Virus record (IMG/VR): IMGVR_UViG_3300023180_006024
Direction: 5' to 3' (one strand)
Source of the DNA: a virus
Length of the DNA stretch: 64,000 nucleotides
The position numbers and the translations under genes were made by a program. How positions within the stretch are numbered: position 1 is the stretch's first letter; the number at the start of each line of letters is the position of its first letter. This document shows positions 1 to 10,800 of this stretch, one piece after another. The notes beneath the pieces were generated by a model. The model had not been told where the DNA came from, ran no database searches, and saw only the letters and a list, made by a program, of their open reading frames with translations.

Positions 1-339
1 TAATACACGCCTGTCAAACTGTTCTCGTGCTTCGATATAACTCATTTCTGCTCTGCTTTTACAGAAGTAAAGTATTTCACGAGTAAAGTTTTTTTCGCCT
101 AGTGTTTTTACATCTTCGTTCAGTCTATCTGAACTTCCCCAGTATTCACGCCAATCGCTTTCTTTGTAACCGCGGCGTTTGTTCTTTTTGCCTTTTAGTG
201 GTGGCTTGGTTGTTTTAAACTTTGCTAGTTTTTTGCCTACGTATTTTTGTTTTGTTTTTTTATTTGTAATCAGATATACAAAGCCTTCGTATTCATCTGG
301 AATTGTTTCAACTTTTTTGCCTTTATATGTCCAACTCAT
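1..339 (-). CDS. GIY-YIG endonuclease (T4 DenA/endonuclease II-like), runs off the window start
   Basis: Not in the ORF track. Hand translation from ATG at 339 gives MSWTYKGKKVETIPDEYEGFVYLITNKKTKQKYVGKK...ESDWREYWGSS...FTREIL, containing GFVY...YVG (GIY-YIG) motifs; open to position 1. Confidence 0.8.
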   Translation of the reverse strand, partial: MSWTYKGKKVETIPDEYEGFVYLITNKKTKQKYVGKKLAKFKTTKPPLKGKKNKRRGYKESDWREYWGSSDRLNEDVKTLGEKNFTREILYFCKSRAEMSYIEAREQFDRRVL

Positions 340-346
340 ATATTAG

Positions 347-592
347 TTATTTTTTGCCTTGTGCTTCTCTTGCCTTTTTTGGATTATTGTTTTTTCTGCC
401 GTCTTGTACATGTCTAATGTGTTCTTCCATTATCTCATCACGTCTTACTTTGCAGAGATCACGTAGTTCGCCTAGCTTTTTGCGCACCTTTCTACGTTTT
501 AACTCTGCAGGACGCTGTTGGAATATTTCATTCAATGCGAAATAGTCCAATACTGCCTTGATTATCTTGTCATGTGTGTCTTCTTCGCTCAT
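347..592 (-). CDS. small basic hypothetical protein (weak resemblance to Hc1-type DNA-binding proteins)
   Basis: 81-aa K/R-rich helical ORF, start overlaps the gp46 stop (ATGA); RRKVRKKLGELRDLCKVRRDEI. Confidence 0.55.
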   Translation of the reverse strand: MSEEDTHDKIIKAVLDYFALNEIFQQRPAELKRRKVRKKLGELRDLCKVRRDEIMEEHIRHVQDGRKNNNPKKAREAQGKK

Positions 593-2367
593 TCTACAAT
601 GTCAATATCGGTTGCATAGCTGGTAAAGCCATTTTCTTTAACAACTTTTAGTACATTGTTAACTCTACCAACTAGTTCGTCTTTGTGTGAGATAAGAAAA
701 ACATTTTTATTTCGTTCTCTTGTCATCTTTTTAAGAATGCCTATACTATTTTCTACTCCAGCAGTATCCATACCACTGTCAATCAACTCGTCAATAAACA
801 TTAAGTTAATACTTTGGTATAAACTTTCCCAAACATCTCGAAATGCAAAGGAAAGACCAAGTATTAGCCTGTTACGTTCTCCACGTGACAAGTTATCGAA
901 GTCTAAGTCCTGTCCTAGTTGTGTAATCTCTACTGCTAGGTCGTTTTGGAACACCACTTGATGCGGTAAGCCTATTTTATCTAGGTAATATGTGAGCCTT
1001 GCGTTTAAATATGCCAAGTTTTGGTCGATAATCTTCTTTCTAATGAAAGAATCTTTGTTTGTAAGCAGTTTTAACAAGAACTCTTGGTGGTCTTTGAGGT
1101 TGTTTAACTCATTCACCGATGTCCAATCAACTTCTTGCAATGCTGTTGTTTGTAAATCTTCAATTTGTGCCTGATAAGGATCTTCTTCTTGCTGTTTACT
1201 TAGCTTAGTTTGCTTTAAGTTATCTACGTTGTTTCTATGTTCATATGCTTCACGTGCAGTTTCGTAAAATGTAGTGGGTTTGCCGTTTATATTACCAATA
1301 TCATCAAGAAATCTCATGGTTGACTCTAGTTTATCAGCAACTTCTGTCTGATATGCTATTGAATCTTGTAGATCTTTAGTTTTTGTTGCAAGAATCTCTG
1401 CTTTTTTGTCTTCATGCAGTGCTTGACCGCAAGTATAGCAGGTTGCATCGTCTAAATCAGTGATATCCTTCTGTGCTTTGTCAACACTCTTGGTTGCTCG
1501 CATCAAAGCACTCTCTAATGTAGACTTTTCTTTGTTTAAACTGGTTAAACGATTGTTTAATTCGGTCCAATCGCTAAGTTTTTCGTGACTATCTAGCTCT
1601 TTTTCAATATCTAGTTGTTCTAACTCGTTAATAGCATTGTCTAAACGCTGAATATCACTTTTTTGCTTGCTTTTCCATGCTTTTTGTCTATTAAACAGCG
1701 AATCGATACTGGTTTGTATCTTTTCGTTGGCAGAGTTAATAGCATCAATACGTAAAGTTTCTTCTGTAATAGCATCTTTTGTTTCTTTTATGCGATCTTT
1801 TAACGTATTTGCTTTATCACTGAGGATAGTTATACCTAATAACTGTTCAATAATAGCTCTCTGATCGTTTGTACGCATACTTAAGAACGGTTCGGTATAT
1901 GTGTTTAATGCAACAATATGTTTGAACATATCGTGACTCATATTCAATAAATCACTGATACTTTCTTGTGTTTTTCTACTATCACCTTGACTTGCATCTT
2001 GTAAATCGTCAACTTGTTCCTGTTCGTTTACATAAAACTTGAGTACATTAGGCGATCTACCACGTTCGATTCGATATTTGTTAGCGCCTTTCTCAAAGTT
2101 AAGCGTAACTAGCATGCCTTTGCTGTTTGTTTTGTTAATCAAGTTGTTTCTTTTGATGTTTGTAAGTGCTGTACCGTACAAAGCATAGGAAAGAGCATTG
2201 ATAATAGTGGTTTTACCAGTGCCGTTTCTTGATCCTGTGTCATCTCCGCCTTGATCTAGGTTTTCACCTAATACAAGTGTAAGTTGTTCTTCGTCAAAGT
2301 CTACGGCTTGGGTTACATTTCCCACACTCATAAAGTTTTTTACTGTAAGGTCTTTAAGTTTTATCAT
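589..2367 (-). CDS. gp46: recombination endonuclease ATPase subunit, T4 gp46 / SbcC-Rad50 family
   Basis: Walker A NGTGKTT, long coiled coil with CYTCGQ zinc hook, signature LSRGE, Walker B FIDE, ISH H-loop. Confidence 0.95.
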   Translation of the reverse strand: MIKLKDLTVKNFMSVGNVTQAVDFDEEQLTLVLGENLDQGGDDTGSRNGTGKTTIINALSYALYGTALTNIKRNNLINKTNSKGMLVTLNFEKGANKYRIERGRSPNVLKFYVNEQEQVDDLQDASQGDSRKTQESISDLLNMSHDMFKHIVALNTYTEPFLSMRTNDQRAIIEQLLGITILSDKANTLKDRIKETKDAITEETLRIDAINSANEKIQTSIDSLFNRQKAWKSKQKSDIQRLDNAINELEQLDIEKELDSHEKLSDWTELNNRLTSLNKEKSTLESALMRATKSVDKAQKDITDLDDATCYTCGQALHEDKKAEILATKTKDLQDSIAYQTEVADKLESTMRFLDDIGNINGKPTTFYETAREAYEHRNNVDNLKQTKLSKQQEEDPYQAQIEDLQTTALQEVDWTSVNELNNLKDHQEFLLKLLTNKDSFIRKKIIDQNLAYLNARLTYYLDKIGLPHQVVFQNDLAVEITQLGQDLDFDNLSRGERNRLILGLSFAFRDVWESLYQSINLMFIDELIDSGMDTAGVENSIGILKKMTRERNKNVFLISHKDELVGRVNNVLKVVKENGFTSYATDIDIVE

Positions 2368-3377
2368 TCTAGCTCATTGTATATTTCTAAAAGTAACGAT
2401 TTATTAAAGTTTTCACTATCTATTGCTAGTATTTCGTTACTAACAATCTGGTCAACACTTTCAAAGTGCTCGATATCTAGCTCTGAACTAATGTCTTCGA
2501 TGCTTTTTTGTGGAATAAGAGTAATTTCTCTGCACTGATAGTCTTTAATAAAAGTTTCTTTGATAAAGGTAGCTTCTTCAAAGCTAATCGGCAAGTCTAA
2601 TGTAACTCTCAAGTACATGTTAGGCTTAATCAGTGAGTCTTTTTCGTCAATCAACTGTGATAACTTTACTGTACGGTATTTAGGACAATCTAACCAGTTA
2701 ATATATAATGGTTCTGCTGCATTTTCTCTATCCAACACCATCATACCACGGTCATCATCCCAAGCATCTGCATAGTTATGCGGAAATGCGTTACCAATAT
2801 AGTGTACATTCTTCTGACTTTGACGTTTGTGGAAGTGTCCTGTAAACACATATTCAGGTTTTGTTAAGTTTTCTGCTTTAAGTTCGCCGTGATCTGGCAT
2901 TCTTACCATAGCGTTCATTAAAAAGTTAGGAAGTTCAAAGTGTCCAAACATATATTTGCAATCTAGTGCTGCAACTTTTTTCCATTCGTCACTTACCATC
3001 CACGGAACCAGGGCAACATCTTCGATTTGCATAATATCATCAACGACTGTAATGCCAGGAATGTGTTTTGCCCACTCTGTGCTTTTAATATCACGTTTAT
3101 CTTTGAAATACAAATCGTGGTTACCAGCAAACATATAAAACTGATCAAATGCTGCACCTAGTTTTTCTAAACTGCGAATACCAGCATCCATAGTGGTTAA
3201 GTTAAGACTATTTCTATTGTGATTCCAATCTCCACAAAAAATACCAGTCTCGCAACCATGTTCTTTTGCTGTTTCGATGTACCAATCGACAAAATCTTCA
3301 CAATCTTTGTTATGAACACGACTATTGCCTTTCATACCAAAGTGAATGTCAGTAAATACTGCTGCTTTTTTAAACAA
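2364..3377 (-). CDS. gp47: recombination endonuclease nuclease subunit, T4 gp47 / SbcD-Mre11 family
   Basis: Metallophosphoesterase motifs DIHFG, GD, GNHD, GHFE, GHFH; TTG start with GGAG upstream; adjacent to gp46. Confidence 0.93.
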   Translation of the reverse strand: MFKKAAVFTDIHFGMKGNSRVHNKDCEDFVDWYIETAKEHGCETGIFCGDWNHNRNSLNLTTMDAGIRSLEKLGAAFDQFYMFAGNHDLYFKDKRDIKSTEWAKHIPGITVVDDIMQIEDVALVPWMVSDEWKKVAALDCKYMFGHFELPNFLMNAMVRMPDHGELKAENLTKPEYVFTGHFHKRQSQKNVHYIGNAFPHNYADAWDDDRGMMVLDRENAAEPLYINWLDCPKYRTVKLSQLIDEKDSLIKPNMYLRVTLDLPISFEEATFIKETFIKDYQCREITLIPQKSIEDISSELDIEHFESVDQIVSNEILAIDSENFNKSLLLEIYNELE

Positions 3378-3400
3378 ACTTATACTCCGTGTTTAATACT

Positions 3401-3429
3401 ATTGTAAAACACTAATAAATCTAAGTCAA
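3401..3429 (-). promoter_or_regulatory. sigma70-type promoter for gp47/gp46
   Basis: Minus strand reads TTGACT-N17-TACAAT in the gp55-gp47 intergenic gap. Confidence 0.7.
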
Positions 3430-3433
3430 CCGG

Positions 3434-4258
3434 TTATTTTTTCTCTGATTCTCTGCGGAGAGCAGCTTCCCACTCGCCTGCGTGTTGTCTTGTATGACTT
3501 GGATTGAGGTTATTTATTTCAAGAATGTCATCTCGTATGTTTTGATTGCGTTTTTCGAGGTTTATAACTCGAACAAAACTGTTTGTGACTGCTGCTGTGT
3601 AATATGCAAAAGGATTTTGCGACTTTGATTCGTCAAACTGTAACCCAATCTGCGAAAGTTGCAAAATAGCTTGTCCTTTCATTTCGTCGTTGTAAGTATA
3701 TCCACGCACATTGCCTCTTGTGGCATATCTATCAACTAGTTTTAACCACATCATTGCAAGTTTGTTTGTAGCACGACCATTTGCTTTTTCAAAATAGCCG
3801 TTTTCCATGCCACCGACCCAATGACTCTTTCCTACACATATTAAATTGTCGTTTTCGTCAAACTTCCAATGCTGAAATGGTGGAAAGTTTAGTTTTGTTT
3901 TTTTATCTGCAACAGTTTTTGGGTTCTTTTTTCTACCAGGTTCGTCTGGAATGTGATCAAACGTCATAATACGGAAAACTAAATCTTCTTTTTGTATTTT
4001 TTTGTAATCATACTCGCATTCTGCAAGTTTAACCTTGTTACCTATTGATTTTTCATATTCGTATTTTTGATTTGTAAGTAGTTTAGCACGATTTTTCTTT
4101 GCTTCACTGATTGTTCTAATATTGATTTTATCAACTGATGGTAATATAATATCATAACTTGCATATTCGGGATCGACAAAACTACAGAATGTGTTTTTTG
4201 ACTTGTGTATTTCAGCAAGCATGTCTTTATTGTTTAAATAATTTACTTTTCTAGCCAT
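3434..4258 (-). CDS. gp55: late-transcription sigma factor, T4 gp55-like
   Basis: N-terminal YLNNKDML and C-terminal GYTYNDEM...FDESKSQNPFAYYT...F.R.I..EKR match the gp55 pattern; gp55-gp47-gp46 order as in T4. Confidence 0.85.
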   Translation of the reverse strand: MARKVNYLNNKDMLAEIHKSKNTFCSFVDPEYASYDIILPSVDKINIRTISEAKKNRAKLLTNQKYEYEKSIGNKVKLAECEYDYKKIQKEDLVFRIMTFDHIPDEPGRKKNPKTVADKKTKLNFPPFQHWKFDENDNLICVGKSHWVGGMENGYFEKANGRATNKLAMMWLKLVDRYATRGNVRGYTYNDEMKGQAILQLSQIGLQFDESKSQNPFAYYTAAVTNSFVRVINLEKRNQNIRDDILEINNLNPSHTRQHAGEWEAALRRESEKK

Positions 4259-4275
4259 ATGTGCTCCTAAGATTG

Positions 4276-4309
4276 TATTTATAATAAACTACGTACTTAA
4301 AAAAGTCAA
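4276..4309 (-). promoter_or_regulatory. overlapping sigma70-type promoter and T4-type late promoter upstream of gp55
   Basis: Minus strand TTGACT(4309-4304)-N17-TATTAT(4286-4281), plus an exact TATAAATA at 4283-4276; AGGAG RBS follows. Confidence 0.65.
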
Positions 4310-4310
4310 C

Positions 4311-4316
4311 TAAATA
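4311..4316 (+). promoter_or_regulatory. late promoter core (TAAATA) for the baseplate operon
   Basis: TAAATA, then AGGAG, then ATG 4333; the same motif recurs before other structural genes. Confidence 0.6.
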
Positions 4317-4332
4317 CTATAGGAGACTCAGC

Positions 4333-5205
4333 ATGGCTTTTTGGAACTTTTTAGATACTATTGAAGATATTACTAACACTGTTGGAGGTGTTGTTAATAC
4401 AGTTCAATCGGGTATTAACACAGTAAAAAATATTAAAAACACTTTTGACGATTTTATTGACGATCCGTTTGGATTAATTTCAACTATTCGTCGAGGAACA
4501 ATACCTCCAGGAGCAGAACCATTAACTCCTATTATACAAAATGCTAGTTTTTTAGCAGACAATGGTAGTGGCGAAGATTGGAGAGTTAGAATACACATTC
4601 CGGCAAGTCCACAAAACATGTTTGGAGCAGATATTTTTACTCCTTTAAGGAATAGCAACAACAGTATGGTATTTCCAACAACTCCACAGATTTTGGTTAC
4701 ACATAGTGCAAACTATAGTATGCTTTCTCCAATACATACTAACTATCCATATCCTGTTTATCAAAACAGTCAAGTTGAGGATATTACCATTACAGGAGAG
4801 TTTCCGGTTGAAAACGAAGCAGATGGTAGATATTGGATTTCAAGTGTGCATTTTTTAAGAACGATTACAAAAATGTTTTACGGAAACGGAGATGCAAAAG
4901 GTGCCCCACCACCTAGAGTAGCATTAAGCGGTTACGGAGATTTTATTTTTCAGCGTACTCCTGTAATAGTTAAAATGTTTAGTGTTGACTTACCAAGAGA
5001 TGTAGACTATATCAAAGTACCTATTGCACAAAGCGACATAGGCGATGCAAGTGCAGCAGGAACATACACATATGTTCCTACATTAAGCACACTAAACATT
5101 ACAGTACAACCAGTATACAGTAGAGATATCACTAGACAGTTTAATCTTACAGACTTTGCAAGTGGTGCCTATATTACTGATCCTAATAAAGGAGGATTTA
5201 TTTAA
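4333..5205 (+). CDS. baseplate/tail-tube initiator-like protein (gp48/gp54-like)
   Basis: First gene of the baseplate module; FPTTPQI...Y...SPIHTNY...ITITGEF...GAPPP pattern typical of tube-initiator proteins. Confidence 0.55.
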   Translation: MAFWNFLDTIEDITNTVGGVVNTVQSGINTVKNIKNTFDDFIDDPFGLISTIRRGTIPPGAEPLTPIIQNASFLADNGSGEDWRVRIHIPASPQNMFGADIFTPLRNSNNSMVFPTTPQILVTHSANYSMLSPIHTNYPYPVYQNSQVEDITITGEFPVENEADGRYWISSVHFLRTITKMFYGNGDAKGAPPPRVALSGYGDFIFQRTPVIVKMFSVDLPRDVDYIKVPIAQSDIGDASAAGTYTYVPTLSTLNITVQPVYSRDITRQFNLTDFASGAYITDPNKGGFI

Positions 5206-5504
5206 TGGCACAATATTCACAGAAAAGTCCTTATCAGTTTACTAAACTAGAAAAAAACAATCTAGGTTATTATGTTCACGTTCCTATTATTGGCGAAGAC
5301 GATGACATAAACTATACTATACAACCGCAATATAACTTTAGACCTGATTTATTAGCATATGATTTATACAAAGATGCAAAACTTTGGTGGGTATTTACAA
5401 ATCGTAATATGGAAATATTAAAAGATCCTATATTTGACTTTAGAGCTGGTGTTGAAATAAAGCTACCTAAACAAAGTTATCTCAGTAGAATACTTGGAGG
5501 TTAA
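5205..5504 (+). CDS. baseplate wedge protein, gp53/LysM-like
   Basis: RPDLLAYDLY...LWWVF...N...DP...G.EIKLP motif; 99 aa; position in module. Confidence 0.75.
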   Translation: MAQYSQKSPYQFTKLEKNNLGYYVHVPIIGEDDDINYTIQPQYNFRPDLLAYDLYKDAKLWWVFTNRNMEILKDPIFDFRAGVEIKLPKQSYLSRILGG

Positions 5505-7862
5505 ATGGCTACGCTTAGAAATGAACTGCACAAGTTTGTATCTTATAACTATCGTTGGAGATTTGCTTGTTTATCTCAAACCGAGTTTAATACGGGTAAT
5601 ATCACCTACAATAGCGGTGTAACTCTTATTGAAACTGGCGGGCTAGGAAACAATGCTGTTGTACAAACAGCAGTTGAAAGAGCATTAGGCATTAATGTTG
5701 AATATTTCATAGATGATGTAAATATCGAATATTTGCACAGTTTCAATCCAGGTACAGGATATGCTAACGCAACTCAGTTATCGTTTACTGTAACAGAACC
5801 GTACAGTGTTGGATTATTTTTCCAAGCACTTGCAATAGGTGCAGCAGAAGTTGGTCACACTAACTATCTCAATACACCATTTTTGTTAGCATGTGAATTT
5901 GTTGGGTTTGATGATTCAGGTGCAAGCAGTGTTGTGCCTGGTGCATTACTGTGCATAAAACTAGTAGACATGCAGTTTAGTGTAGAAGCGTCTGGAAGTG
6001 TATATCAGCTTAACGCAATACCATACAACCATGTTGCATTTGCTGATACATTTAACACAACTAGAACAAATACTACTTTTTCTGGTGCAACAGTATCAGA
6101 AGTTTTACAAGATTTTATCACTGAAATAAACAGACAAGAATTTCAAAAATCGCAACAAGGTTTAGTTGCACAACCTGATGCATATAGAATAGAGTTTCCG
6201 AATGATATTTCATCTGTTACAGGTGGAACAAATACATATACTCAAACTGTTCAAACTGGCGAAGATGCACAACGTGCTGTAGATGCTTCTTTAAGTGGTG
6301 CAAATGATTTTGTAGAGGCACAAGATTTTATAAGACAAAGAAGCATTGAAAATGCATTTAACCTAGATCCAAACCTAAGATTTGAACAAGAACAAAGTTT
6401 AAATGTTGTTCGAAGTGAAGCAGCGCAAGCAGCATTTGATCCGTCTGTAAACATAATAGGAAATGCTCCTATAGTCAACAACTTTTCTGATTTTGGTATA
6501 AACGATTTTGGTGATAACACTATCATTTGGAATGCTGAAAGAAGAGTATGGCAAAGAGGATCAATGTCTATTAGTGAAACCGATAGAAGATTTCAGTTTG
6601 CGCCAGGAACAAAAATAGAAAGAATAATAGAAGAAGTAATATTAACCAGTGATTATGGGCAGTCGTTATTGTCTCAAACACCAGTTGATGAAATGGTAAA
6701 CTGGTTTAAGATAACAAGTAGAGTTTTTGTAGCAGATGCACAAGAAGATCAAGTATCAGGTAGACCAGCTTATGAAATAGTTTATGTAGTTACTCCATTT
6801 AGAATGCATATGAGTGCTATAAGTCAAGTTACAGCAGACTTTAGTTACTCCTATGCTATAGATAATGCACATAAAGCATATAGATATAGCTACACCGGCG
6901 ATAATAGTGATATACTAGAGTTTACATTTAATATTGATAACAGCTTTTATAAAGAACTTGCAACTACTGCAAACACTCCTGCAAATGTTCACGAAGGTGG
7001 TAATATCACAGGTTTAGAAAATAATGCACAGTATTCTGCATCAGCCAGTGCTTCAGCTAATGCAACAAGCACGATTACAAGACATAATAGAGTGAACTTT
7101 ATTCCTATTGATGCAAGTGGCGGCGCCGGAATGGAAGAAAATGCTCTCAGAGCAGCTAGAATATTTAATGCAAATATTTTAAATAGCGATGTTGATAACA
7201 TCGAACTAGAACTTAAAATATGGGGCGATCCTTTTTATCTGCATGATAGTGATTTTGGTAACAGATCTGTATCTGCGGGACCAGAAGGATTAAATGCAGA
7301 TGGTACAGTTGATTTTTTACGATCAGAAGTTTTTGTTTTGATTGATTTTAAAAGTGCAGTAGATTATAACGGTAACTTATTACAAATAGATCCTATTAAT
7401 CAGTTTAGTGGTGTATACAAACTTGTAACTTTCACAAGTAGCTTTTCTGACGGAATGTACAATAATACTTTAACACTACTAAGAATGGCAAACCAGCCTT
7501 CGAATAGTATTCTAAGATTACGAAACCTACTCAACGATTTGCCTCAGAATAACAATGCACTCATAGACGAGTTATCAAGTGTTGCAAACAACGAGTTTAA
7601 GCCGTTGTTACAAAGAGCACAACAGTTTCAGCAAGCATACACACATTTTCAAAATCTAGATATTGAAAATTTAGCAAAACTTGCACCAGGAAATCTCGGA
7701 CAGGTTCTTAACCAGTTTGATAACCTAGTATCAGAAGCAAGACAGATAGAACAAAATATACAAAAAACTTTAGACTTTATACAAGATCCACTTGCAGGTA
7801 TCAATGACTTTGCTAGAGATTTTAAATCACAACTAGATAACATATTTAAAGGATTACGATGA
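5505..7862 (+). CDS. baseplate hub-like protein (gp27/gpD-like)
   Basis: 785 aa between the gp53-like and gp5-like genes; LKIWGDP and SGVYKLV...F..G.Y...L.L.R C-terminal hub pattern. Confidence 0.55.
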   Translation: MATLRNELHKFVSYNYRWRFACLSQTEFNTGNITYNSGVTLIETGGLGNNAVVQTAVERALGINVEYFIDDVNIEYLHSFNPGTGYANATQLSFTVTEPYSVGLFFQALAIGAAEVGHTNYLNTPFLLACEFVGFDDSGASSVVPGALLCIKLVDMQFSVEASGSVYQLNAIPYNHVAFADTFNTTRTNTTFSGATVSEVLQDFITEINRQEFQKSQQGLVAQPDAYRIEFPNDISSVTGGTNTYTQTVQTGEDAQRAVDASLSGANDFVEAQDFIRQRSIENAFNLDPNLRFEQEQSLNVVRSEAAQAAFDPSVNIIGNAPIVNNFSDFGINDFGDNTIIWNAERRVWQRGSMSISETDRRFQFAPGTKIERIIEEVILTSDYGQSLLSQTPVDEMVNWFKITSRVFVADAQEDQVSGRPAYEIVYVVTPFRMHMSAISQVTADFSYSYAIDNAHKAYRYSYTGDNSDILEFTFNIDNSFYKELATTANTPANVHEGGNITGLENNAQYSASASASANATSTITRHNRVNFIPIDASGGAGMEENALRAARIFNANILNSDVDNIELELKIWGDPFYLHDSDFGNRSVSAGPEGLNADGTVDFLRSEVFVLIDFKSAVDYNGNLLQIDPINQFSGVYKLVTFTSSFSDGMYNNTLTLLRMANQPSNSILRLRNLLNDLPQNNNALIDELSSVANNEFKPLLQRAQQFQQAYTHFQNLDIENLAKLAPGNLGQVLNQFDNLVSEARQIEQNIQKTLDFIQDPLAGINDFARDFKSQLDNIFKGLR

Positions 7863-10800
7863 GATCACAAGAGCGTAGAAGTGCAAGATCTTCAGATAGA
7901 TCTTACAACACAGGACCTTTTATAGGTAGGATTGTATCTCACCTTGACCAAAAGTTTATGGGTGCGTTACAAGTACAAATATTAAATTACAATGACACAG
8001 GAGATGATTATCAAGCAAGTAATGAAGTAATCACTTGTTTTTATGCACCTCCATTTTATGGAGCAACACCTAGTACTGGATTGCAAGGTGGCACAACTTA
8101 TGCAGAAAGTACACAAAGTTATGGCATGTGGTTTGTTCCTCCTGATGTGGGTTCAAAAGTTTTAGTAATGCTCATAGAAGGTAGAAGAGATTTTGGTTAT
8201 TGGTTTGCGTGTGTGCCTGAAGAGTTTATGAACTTTATGATTCCTGACGGTAGAGCAAGTACTTTGAATACTACTGCTAATGCCGATCTGCAAAGTGAAA
8301 TACCTGAAATGGTTGCAGCAGCAGAAGGACTGAAAGTTCCTGTAGGAGAATACAACAGAGCTACTATAGATCCAGCCGGAGAAACACAGCCTACTAACTA
8401 CCCTAAACCTAGAAATGATTTGTTTATTGAAAGATTAACCGAACAAGGTTTATTAGCTGATGATATTAGAGGAACTACAAGCACAAGTGCTAGAAGAGAA
8501 GTTCCTAGCATGGTTTTTGGTGTAAGCACACCTGGTCCTATGGACAAAAGACCAAACGCTCCTACTACTAATATTGGCACTGTGCAAAATGAAATAAATG
8601 TCCCAAGTAGTAGATTAGGTGGCAGTAGCATTGTTATGGATGACGGCGACGACAAGTTTGTAAGAGTAGGTCCTGCCGACAGCACTCCATCTGAATATAT
8701 TGATAGAGAATATGGTTCAACAACTGAAGGCGATGTAACAATACCTGCTAATGAATTGATAAGGATGCGTACTCGTACAGGACATCAAATATTATTACAC
8801 AATAGTGAAGATTTGATTTATATAGGTAATGCCAGGGGAACAAGTTGGATTGAAATGACCAGCAATGGTAAAATTGACATTTATGCAAATGACAGTATAA
8901 GTGTGCACTCCGAAAACGACTTAAACTTCAGTGCGGATAGAGATATCAACTTTGAGTGTAGAAATATGAATATGGTTATTGGCGGCACATATAAAAATAG
9001 CACATCAAAATCTCATAGCACTACATCAGGAGAGTTTTTTGCAGTCAAAGCCGGTGACAGTATAACACACGATGCAGGTACATTTATTTCAGATACTGCT
9101 CAATCAGGCATTTCGCATAGTGCAAATTCAGGAAGCATTGGCATTACAGAAAGCGGCGAAATATGCATTGATAGTGATAGAAATATTAATGTAAACAGTG
9201 CAGACAATTTTAATCTTACCACAGGATTGAACTTTAATCTAAAGAGTACTGGAGGTATTTTCTTAACATCAACTGAAGCTGATTTACATTTGTTTAGCCA
9301 ACAGCGTATGAATATTAACACAAATGCTGTAATGAACCTTAGATCAGAAAGCACAATGAATCTGCATACAAAAAGTAACATGAATACACAAGTTGATGGA
9401 AAGCATAAAAGCACAGCAGATCTTGGATTTGAGTTTTTTACTCCTATTGCATATAATGTTTGGGCCGAAGGCAATATGAACCTAAAAGTTGACGGTGACA
9501 TTCTTAGCTATAGTAATGGTAATACATACATCAAATCTAATAACTACATAAATTTACAAAGTACTAATGATATAAATGTTAAATCATCGCAAGCTATTCG
9601 AATAAATCCTACTGGTGCATTAAGTTTATACTCAGGTAATAATACGGTTTATATTGATGGCACAACTGATGTACGTATAAACGAAGGCGGTAGTACAGCA
9701 GCAAATACTGCTGATACAGCAAGACAAGCAGAAGAAGTAACTGTGTTCGCACCAGAAGCATATTTTGCATCAGAAGCAACACAGTGTGCTACACTTCCTC
9801 CGGTAAATCCTTTTGAAGCAGATTTGCTGGCTCGTAAGCCAATGCATGAGCCATGGGCACAACATGAAAATTTAAATCCGTTACTTTACACACCAGAAAG
9901 AACCGAAGCTGGACAACCATCGGAAGATAGTTTTAAAACTCCTATTGCTGATACATTTATCAATATTGGAAAAGATAGAGGCACAGCAGACACAACTGTT
10001 AGCACCACAACTAACAGAGCTATTGAGCCTTTAGACGAGGGAGGCGATATTGGAGACGATGTAGATTTAGACCTAGTTGGATTAAGCGATAATGTTGAGT
10101 TTGCGTTTAACTATCTAAAACAACAACTAAATCTTACAGATGCTCAAGCCGCAGGTATTGTAGGAAATATACGAGTTGAATCGTATCCAGAAATCAGACC
10201 ACAAGCATACAATGGCGCTGGCGGAGGTTTAGGTGCTAGAGGTATTGTGCAATGGCGAGGAGATAGAATACGCAAGTTTAGAGAACGTTACAATAAAGAT
10301 ATTCTAGAAGCAAGTTTACAAGAGCAGTTAGATTACCTTATTTGGGAAATCACAGATCCTACATCTCCTGAAGCATGGGCAAAAACTTTGGAAAGATTAA
10401 GAGAAACAAGAACACCTGCAGAAGCAGCTAGAAGTTTTGAAGCTACATTTGAAAGATCGGGCGGACATAATCTAACTACTAGAGTTCGTTATGCTGAAGA
10501 AGTCTATCTTGCAGCACAAGATGCATTTGAACTTGTTGAAAGAACAGAACCTGGCTCACCGCCTCATCCAGATGTACGTATCGAAAGAGGTGAAGTTGTG
10601 CCAGAAGGCGAATCCGATGTAGAAACAAATCCAAACGCAGAAAGTAGAAGTCTTTCAGGCGATGCTGGAGATATAGTTATACAACAAAACCGTGCATGTA
10701 GTAGACGATTTGATATTTCTCCGCAGTTAGAAAGAATACTTAGACGTGCCGCCGCTGCCGCAGGTATTACAAAAATCTATATTTCAAGTGCAGGTCAAGC

